The notes below the pieces were generated by a model that made no database searches, had not been told where the DNA came from, and saw only the letters and a list, made by a program, of their open reading frames with translations. A stretch of DNA of 32,000 bases from Mycobacterium leprae TN (lineage in GTDB: Bacteria > Actinomycetota > Actinomycetes > Mycobacteriales > Mycobacteriaceae). The position numbers were made by a program, and so were the translations under genes. Positions 29,493 through 32,000 of the stretch are shown here, in pieces; within the stretch, counting starts at the first letter, position 1, and each line of letters starts with the position of its first letter. The stretch is from assembly GCF_000195855.1 (NCBI RefSeq), contig NC_002677.1, positions 840,001 through 872,000 on the forward strand, written 5' to 3'.

Positions 29493-29830
29493 TGCGCCTC
29501 CTGTTTGGCGGTATTTTAAGGGATTTTTTACAATTATGTCGCGGGAAGTCTAAGCGTCGTGTCGGCGACGCGACCAGGTGGTGGTGGGGGTAACCGGTCT
29601 GTTTAGAATGGCTGATTGATCCGGGCAAGCATCGCCGACATTCCGCGTAACTGCAGCGGGCTGATCAGAGCAGCTACGCCCGGCCCGACATAACATAATC
29701 GTTGGGTACCGTTAGGTGTAGCGGCGGATTGGTGGTCTAAGTCGGCGACTAAGACAGCGGCCAACCCACGGGTGGTCGGCGCTTCGGCCGGAGCGCTGAA
29801 GTACAGGCGCACCCAGCTTCGGTCGTGTGG

Positions 29831-29846
29831 ATCGATGTATCGATGT
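29831..29846. repeat. Perfect 8-bp tandem duplication, two copies of ATCGATGT
   Basis: Copies at 29831-29838 and 29839-29846 are identical. Conceptually deleting one copy joins ..PTSLFLHID to [22 protein letters not shown].. in a single minus-strand frame. Confidence 0.9.
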
Positions 29847-29953
29847 GCAGAAAAAGCGAGGTCGGTATTCGGGCGCCGGCTCCATCGCTGCTTCGGCCGA
29901 GTCGGCGTGCAGGGCTGGCAGGTCATCGGCAAATTCCAGCAACAGTTTTAGCT

Positions 29954-29994
29954 CGTCCTGGCCTCAGACTTCGTCGAAGTCTGAGGCCAGGACG
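29954..29994 (-). terminator. Perfect 41-bp palindrome (20-nt arms, single-T centre), a candidate sseA terminator
   Basis: CGTCCTGGCCTCAGACTTCG (29954-29973) is followed by T at 29974. CGAAGTCTGAGGCCAGGACG (29975-29994) is the exact reverse complement. It begins 34 nt downstream of the sseA stop on the minus strand. No U-tract follows. It lies within codons 8-21 of the SufE-like pseudogene and contains that gene's in-frame TGA. Confidence 0.4.
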
Positions 29995-30027
29995 GCCGAG
30001 GGCGCGGGTATTCTCACGGAATGGCTA

Positions 30028-30918
30028 TCAGACAGGTACGGCTCCGGGGCTTTCGCCTGCAGTGATCGGCACTCGTACGGTGTTCCCCCACTCGGTCCAC
30101 GAGCCGTCATAGTTACGCACTCCCGGTTTGCCCAGCAGATGGGTGAGTACGAACCAAGTGTGGCTGGATCGCTCGCCGATGCGGCAATATACGATGGTTT
30201 TATCGTTTGGGGTGATGAAGTCATAGAGCCGTTCCAATTCTTCGCTGCTGCGGAATCGACCGCTTTTGTCGACTGTCATTTCCCACGGGATCGACCTGGC
30301 GGTGGGGATGTGGCCGGCTCGCAGCACACTTTCTTCGGGGGAGTCGGGCATTTCGGTGCATTTGCCGGTGTACTCGTCGAGGGATCGCACGTCGATCAGC
30401 GGCTGAGTGCCGAGGATGGCCAACACGTCGTCTTTGAATGCGCGGATGGGTGCGTCGTTCCGGTTTACCACGGGATAGCTGGTCGATGTCTTATTCGGCA
30501 CGGCCAGGCTGGTATCCCGGCGTTCGGCGAGCCATAGATCACGACCGCCGTTGAGCAGTCGCACGTCGGGATGGCCGAACAAGGTAAAGACCCACAGTGC
30601 GTAGGCCGCCCACCAGTTGCTCTTGTCGCCGTAGATCACCACGGTGTCGTCGCGGGCGATGCCCTTGCGGTTCATCAAGTCGGCGAATTGCTCGCCAGTG
30701 ATGTAGTCACGCACCTTCGGGTCATTGAGGTCGGTGTGCCAGTCGACCTTCACCGCGCCAGGAATATGTCCGACATCGTAGAGCAGTACGTTCTCGTCGG
30801 ATTCGACTATAGCCAGACCGGGTTTGCCCAGATGGAAGTACAGCCAATCACCGGTTACTAGCCGTTCGGGGTGGGCGTAAGCCGACAGGGAAGGGCTTGG
30901 ATCTGTGGGTAGCGGCAC
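30028..30918 (-). CDS. sseA: Thiosulfate sulfurtransferase (tandem rhodanese domains)
   Basis: Intact 296-codon ORF with a GTG start at 30918. It has two rhodanese domains and the active-site loop [12 protein letters not shown]. Confidence 0.92.
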   Translation of the reverse strand: MPLPTDPSPSLSAYAHPERLVTGDWLYFHLGKPGLAIVESDENVLLYDVGHIPGAVKVDWHTDLNDPKVRDYITGEQFADLMNRKGIARDDTVVIYGDKSNWWAAYALWVFTLFGHPDVRLLNGGRDLWLAERRDTSLAVPNKTSTSYPVVNRNDAPIRAFKDDVLAILGTQPLIDVRSLDEYTGKCTEMPDSPEESVLRAGHIPTARSIPWEMTVDKSGRFRSSEELERLYDFITPNDKTIVYCRIGERSSHTWFVLTHLLGKPGVRNYDGSWTEWGNTVRVPITAGESPGAVPV

Positions 30919-31118
30919 ACCTTAAAGCTTACTCATCCTGATGTTGTTGGTGATCATGCTTAGAGTCTGAAGCGCTGATGTCCATTGGGCTATGTCAGTC
31001 TGGTATCTCGGGTAGTCCGAGCAACCCATCGGCACACGGTTCACTAACCGTGGCCTGGGTACTAGCCGGAGGCAGTGCAGGTAACGCATCATGCTGCTGA
31101 GGTGCAACGGCTGAATTT

Positions 31119-31760
31119 CTAGATGACCGGATTGGCTGCCCACATTGCGGCAATAGACAACCCCGCACGGGACAGTAGCGACCGCGTCAAAGGCAGTCCG
31201 ATCCCTACAACGGTTGACGGATCGCCGTAGACCGCGTCGATGAACCAGCCACCTAGGCCGTCAAGCGTGAACCCTCCAGCGACTTGCAACGATTCGCCGC
31301 ATGCCAGGTAGGCTTCCAGGTCTTCAGCTGACGGATTTCCGAAACATATTGTGGTCATTGATGTTTCATCGACAGAATAAGTAGTTTCGTTGTTTAGTAA
31401 CCGGATAACGCAGTGACCGGTATAGAGTTGGCCGGCGCGCCCTGCCATCGACTGCCACTGTTGCCGTGCGTTGGCGACGGACTGCGGTTTGCCGTACAGT
31501 CGGCCATCGATGGAAAGTTGTGAATCACAGCTAATGACAACGCAATCGTCTGCGACTGCGTGGCTCAGAGCTGCCGCGACTTGGGTGGCTTTGGCTCGGG
31601 CGAGTGTGCTTACCACATCGCGCGGCGAAGTGTCTGACCCGAGGCCTGCGGTGACCAGATCTTCATCGACACCGGAAGCTGCGACCAGTGGATCAATGCC
31701 GGCTTGGCGAAGCACTTTGAGTCGACCGGCGGAAGCGGACCCGAGTACCAGCCGGGTCAT
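31119..31760 (-). CDS. maf: Maf-like nucleoside triphosphate pyrophosphatase
   Basis: The ORF is open from 31844, but homology begins at [22 protein letters not shown], with ATG at 31760-31758. That ATG overlaps the upstream gene's stop as ATGA. The family pattern (GSAS..R, GKP, GAY.IQG-like [10 protein letters not shown]) is present. Confidence 0.9.
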   Translation of the reverse strand: MTRLVLGSASAGRLKVLRQAGIDPLVAASGVDEDLVTAGLGSDTSPRDVVSTLARAKATQVAAALSHAVADDCVVISCDSQLSIDGRLYGKPQSVANARQQWQSMAGRAGQLYTGHCVIRLLNNETTYSVDETSMTTICFGNPSAEDLEAYLACGESLQVAGGFTLDGLGGWFIDAVYGDPSTVVGIGLPLTRSLLSRAGLSIAAMWAANPVI

Positions 31761-32000
31761 CGGCGCATATGCGTCATCTCGTGAAGGGTGATGCGTTGCC
31801 AGCTGAAGACCGGGTACCGCAACTTGTCGACCGGCAGGCCCCATCGAGTGGGTTCGGGCTGCTTGACCTGCGATGCACCGCCGATGCTGCTCAGCACCAC
31901 GATTAGCGCGGCCAACTCCTGATCGGTGGGTTGTCCTTTGGTTATTTGAATATGTGGGTTTTGGGTCGTGGGCAATTTGTTCGTCTCACTCCCGTCGTTC
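31757..32000 (-). CDS. accE5: Acyl-CoA carboxylase epsilon subunit. The 5' end probably lies beyond the window edge.
   Basis: The C-terminal core reads [23 protein letters not shown]...[33 protein letters not shown]. The frame has no stop up to position 32000. The edge codons NDGSETNK resemble the SDGNETNN repeat that I recall in the M. tuberculosis AccE5 N-terminus. The ORF-track TTG at 31975 is an alternative start. Confidence 0.75.
   Translation of the reverse strand, partial: NDGSETNKLPTTQNPHIQITKGQPTDQELAALIVVLSSIGGASQVKQPEPTRWGLPVDKLRYPVFSWQRITLHEMTHMRR

Larger units (their letters stand above)
29603..30017 (-). pseudogene. SufE-like (Fe-S/sulfur-acceptor family) pseudogene, positional equivalent of Rv3284
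   Basis: GTG at 30017 opens VRIPAPSAVLASDFDEV* with an in-frame TGA at 29964-29966. The rest reads [33 protein letters not shown], then a frame change to PTSLFLHID, then an 8-bp tandem duplication. The last piece is [32 protein letters not shown]...ALISPLQLRGMSAMLARI. The SufE-like pattern is recognisable only when three frames are stitched together. Confidence 0.55.

Noticed and set aside
29827-30537. Plus-strand ORF of 236 aa.
   Set aside because: It is antisense to sseA and the SufE-like remnant and has no motifs.
30922-31143. A 73-codon minus-strand ORF in the maf-sseA gap.
   Set aside because: It has no homology I can recognise, overlaps the maf 3' end, and has atypical composition. 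It is more likely the sseA promoter/leader region.
31761-31844. N-terminal extension of the maf ORF ([28 protein letters not shown]).
   Set aside because: It lies entirely within accE5 in another frame. Maf homology starts at the ATG at 31760, which forms the ATGA overlap.
1-32000. A search for CRISPR arrays, IS elements or transposases, integrases, rRNA and tRNA genes, and any clustered defence or biosynthetic system.
   Set aside because: None was found. Every segment longer than about 400 bp is accounted for by a housekeeping gene or a recognisable housekeeping pseudogene, except 1-880, 8770-8990, 15691-16100 and 26127-26520. Those four segments contain no intact ORF of note.

Overview
No rRNA, tRNA, CRISPR array, transposase or prophage signal was found, and I see no convincing novel multi-gene system. 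This is an ordinary core-chromosome segment undergoing heavy reductive decay. It reads as a mycobacterial segment of the Mycobacterium leprae type, about 58% GC by eye. That identification rests on my memory of M. tuberculosis protein sequences, not on any search. Gene order is collinear with, and inverted relative to, the M. tuberculosis H37Rv Rv3311 to Rv3281 region.

I can support 11 intact CDS: an Rv3311-like protein, pmmB, deoD, an Rv3304-like GGCT-fold protein, glpD2, lpqC, an Rv3295-like TetR, accA3, sseA, maf and accE5 (partial at the window edge). By my coordinates these cover about 11 kb, roughly 35% of the window.

About 18 recognisable pseudogenes lie between them: sapM, upp, amiB1, amiA1, a DUF559/AbiEi-like gene, lpdA, an RluA-family synthase, nei, lhr, pcd, a DUF1338/YdcJ-HglS-like gene, lrpA, lat, a small membrane protein, usfY, rsbW, sigF and a SufE-like gene. 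For most of these I can point to specific in-frame stops or frame changes.

The features not explained by ordinary gene annotation are:
- Two perfect long palindromes, each with a single-T centre: 63 bp at 16614-16676 and 41 bp at 29954-29994. Both sit at the boundaries of dead genes.
- Short tandem duplications of 21, 10 and 8 bp. Removing one copy of the 8-bp unit restores a SufE-like reading frame.
- A fossil SigF-type promoter motif upstream of the dead rsbW-sigF operon.
- An apparent internal domain duplication in the retained Rv3311-like protein.
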